A stretch of 1,035 nucleotides of DNA from Escherichia coli (GTDB taxonomy: Bacteria; Pseudomonadota; Gammaproteobacteria; Enterobacterales; Enterobacteriaceae): NCBI RefSeq assembly GCF_003334335.1, contig NZ_QOWQ01000127.1. One strand, 5' to 3'. This document shows, in pieces, positions 1-1,035 of this stretch. The position numbers and the translations under genes were made by a program. How positions within the stretch are numbered: position 1 is the stretch's first letter; every line of letters begins with the position of its first letter. The notes under the pieces are model-generated. The model made no database searches, was not told where the DNA came from, and saw only the letters and a program-made list of their open reading frames with translations.

Positions 1-119
1 TTACAGAAAAAATACCGCTCACCGCCCTGTACCGTCAGGTCGATTTCCCAGAGCACCACCCGCGGTGACTGCTCTGATTTAACCGACTCGTTCAGACTTT
101 CTTCGTGAATATCCTGCAT
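1..119 (-). CDS. L: Minor tail protein L (lambda gpL family), N-terminal 39 codons only. Partial: continues past the window start. ATG at 119..117.
   Basis: Seen in sequence: reverse complement of 1..119 translates from ATG as MQDIHEESLNESVKSEQSPRVVLWEIDLTVQGGERYFFC with no stop. This matches the N-terminus of lambda gpL as I recall it (MQDI...VVLWEIDLT...GGERYFFCNEQNEKG...). The start shares one nucleotide with the M stop (TGATG), and an AGGTGG SD-like motif lies 7 nt upstream. Confidence 0.88.
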   Translation of the reverse strand, partial: MQDIHEESLNESVKSEQSPRVVLWEIDLTVQGGERYFFC

Positions 120-448
120 CAGTTCACCACCTGCTTAAACTCCGCGCTGAACTCAACGCGCAACATCCCGACCCGCGCAGACCACCCGGCACAGGTCACC
201 TTTATCTGCCGGTATGCATAGGGTGGCTTCCACAAAAATGCCTTCCAGCCACCGTGCTCTGCCAGGAACGCTTCCAGATGCCGGGCCTCCTCCCGGGTCA
301 CGGAAAGCGTCACCCTGTATGTTTTCAGGTCAGCATTCAGCCCTGCCGCCATACGCTGTGAGTACCCGTCACCAAAACGCACTTCACGCACCGATGGCTG
401 CGAGTTCACCTCCATATCCGGTTTCACTTTCCAGCGAAAGGTTTTCAT
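119..448 (-). CDS. M: Minor tail protein M (lambda gpM family; tail tip assembly), complete, 109 aa. ATG at 448..446, stop TGA at 121..119.
   Basis: Seen in sequence: ORF of 109 aa, MKTFRWKVKPDMEVNSQPSVREVRFGDGYSQR...KVTCAGWSARVGMLRVEFSAEFKQVVN. From memory, lambda gpM is also 109 aa with near-identical N-terminal (MKTFRWKVKP), central (VRFGDGYSQR, EEHGGWK) and C-terminal (RQIKVTCA...MLRVEFSAEF.QVVN) blocks. A GGGGAG Shine-Dalgarno-like motif sits 6 nt upstream of the ATG. Confidence 0.93.
   Translation of the reverse strand: MKTFRWKVKPDMEVNSQPSVREVRFGDGYSQRMAAGLNADLKTYRVTLSVTREEARHLEAFLAEHGGWKAFLWKPPYAYRQIKVTCAGWSARVGMLRVEFSAEFKQVVN
127..132 (-). promoter_or_regulatory. Shine-Dalgarno-like ribosome binding site for L (AGGTGG on the minus strand), 7 nt upstream of the L start codon and embedded in the 3' end of the M coding sequence.
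   Basis: Seen in sequence: minus-strand reading ...cAGGTGGtgaactgATG. Function is inferred. Confidence 0.5.
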
Positions 449-1035
449 CGCCCGCTCCCCGATAACAGACCGCCATCACGCAACTGCAGCCGGAGCTCAT
501 CCTGCGCACCTTTACGGGCCATCTCATACACCGCTTTCATCAGCTGCGGCCCGGCCTGTCCGTTGATGCCGTCGTTCTGAATCACCACGTGATTGTTCTG
601 ATTAAAATTAATGCCTTCGGCCCGCCGCATCTGCGCCGGACTTCCGGCAGCACCCACATACCCCCCTTCCGCATAGCCCCGCATCAGGCGGTACAGGTTC
701 CCGACACCAATCCGGCTGGTTGCCTCCTTCGTGAAGACAAACTCCCCGCGGTGGACAATCCCCGCTGGCTCATATTTGCCACCGGTTCCCGTAAATCCCC
801 CGGTCGCGAAATGGAAGTTCGCCGCCGCAGCCTGAATGGCCGTCCCCGTGGAAGCGGATGCGCCACCACCGAAAGCACCACCAATGGCGCTGCCGATACG
901 CCCGACAATCCCCACCATCGCCTGCTTCAGAAAAATCTCTGTCAGCATGGAGAGCACGGAACGGGTGAAACCACGCCAGTTCTGTTCGCTGCCGGTCAGC
1001 ATCGCTGCCATATTCTGTGCAATACCGTCAAAGGT
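445..1035 (-). CDS. H: Tail tape measure protein, C-terminal portion (lambda gpH-like). Partial: the reading frame stays open upstream of the first in-window Met to the window edge at 1035 (TFDGIAQN precedes MAAMLTG...), so the true start lies beyond the window. Stop codon TGA at 447..445.
   Basis: Seen in sequence: long minus-strand ORF (track 445..1011, 188 aa from first Met) that my own translation extends without a stop to 1035. It ends ...LRLQLRDGGLLSGSGR* and its stop overlaps the start of a recognisable gpM homolog by 4 nt (ATGA). Position immediately upstream of M and L, plus the Gly/Ala-rich hydrophobic C-terminal region, fit lambdoid tape measure proteins. Identity is by synteny and recalled similarity, not by a search. 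Confidence 0.85.
   Translation of the reverse strand, partial: TFDGIAQNMAAMLTGSEQNWRGFTRSVLSMLTEIFLKQAMVGIVGRIGSAIGGAFGGGASASTGTAIQAAAANFHFATGGFTGTGGKYEPAGIVHRGEFVFTKEATSRIGVGNLYRLMRGYAEGGYVGAAGSPAQMRRAEGINFNQNNHVVIQNDGINGQAGPQLMKAVYEMARKGAQDELRLQLRDGGLLSGSGR
455..460 (-). promoter_or_regulatory. Shine-Dalgarno-like ribosome binding site for M (GGGGAG on the minus strand), 6 nt upstream of the M start codon and embedded in the 3' end of the H coding sequence.
   Basis: Seen in sequence: minus-strand reading ...tcGGGGAGcgggcgATGA. Purine-rich, SD-like motif at appropriate spacing; function is inferred. Confidence 0.5.
778..957 (-). other. Gly/Ala-rich hydrophobic segment within the tape measure C-terminal region (about 60 aa: VLSMLTEIFLKQAMVGIVGRIGSAIGGAFGGGASASTGTAIQAAAANFHFATGGFTGTGG), with small-residue spacing resembling glycine-zipper / GxxxG motifs.
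   Basis: Seen in the translated sequence: a run dominated by G, A, I, V, L, F, S and T with very few charged residues, including G-x-x-G-x-x-G-x-x-x-GG-x-x-GGG. A membrane-interacting or channel-forming role is inference; no prediction tool was run. Confidence 0.45.

Noticed and set aside
214-465. Plus-strand ORF of 83 aa (MHRVASTKMPSSHRALPGTLPDAGPPPGSRKASP...)
   Set aside because: It lies entirely antisense to the well-supported M gene. The translation is Pro/Ser/Arg/Ala-rich and low-complexity, typical of a spurious antisense frame in GC-rich coding DNA, and it has no convincing SD motif.
661-666. Homopolymer run of six C (GGGGGG on the coding strand, encoding Gly-Gly)
   Set aside because: Too short and lacking a slippery heptamer or downstream structure to argue for programmed frameshifting or phase variation. 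The known lambda tail frameshift (G/GT) lies upstream of the tape measure gene, outside this window.
684-908. Minus-strand ORF of 74 aa in an alternative frame inside the tape measure gene
   Set aside because: Same strand as the tape measure gene but out of frame, with an Arg/Ser/Pro-rich translation typical of an off-frame read. The tape measure frame is continuous and syntenic, so this is most likely a chance ORF.
1-1035. CRISPR array, tRNA/rRNA, insertion sequence ends or other repeats
   Set aside because: No direct repeat/spacer periodicity, no inverted terminal repeats and no tRNA-like sequence were visible by eye. The entire window is accounted for by three contiguous protein-coding genes.
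445-1035. Possibility that the first in-window Met (1011..1009) is the true start of a small separate gene
   Set aside because: The frame stays open upstream to the window edge and the product resembles a tape measure C-terminus. Synteny with M and L argues this is the 3' part of a much longer gene, not a 188-aa protein.

Overview
The whole window is coding sequence on the minus strand and matches a lambda-like (lambdoid siphovirus) tail assembly module: the C-terminal 196 codons of a tail tape measure protein (lambda gpH-like, runs off the window at 1035), a complete 109-aa minor tail protein M (lambda gpM-like), and the first 39 codons of minor tail protein L (lambda gpL-like, runs off the window at 1). 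Gene order H-M-L and the start/stop overlaps (ATGA at H/M, TGATG at M/L) match the phage lambda arrangement as I recall it. The proteins are clearly homologous to lambda's but not identical, so this is most likely a lambdoid phage or prophage from an enterobacterial host. I could not run any search; the assignments rest on my own translation and on recalled lambda protein sequences. I see no RNA genes, CRISPR arrays, mobile-element ends or intergenic cargo. Despite the prompt's suggestion, I find no evidence of a previously undescribed system here: this is a conserved, densely packed structural gene block. The most noteworthy feature is a Gly/Ala-rich hydrophobic segment near the tape measure C-terminus.
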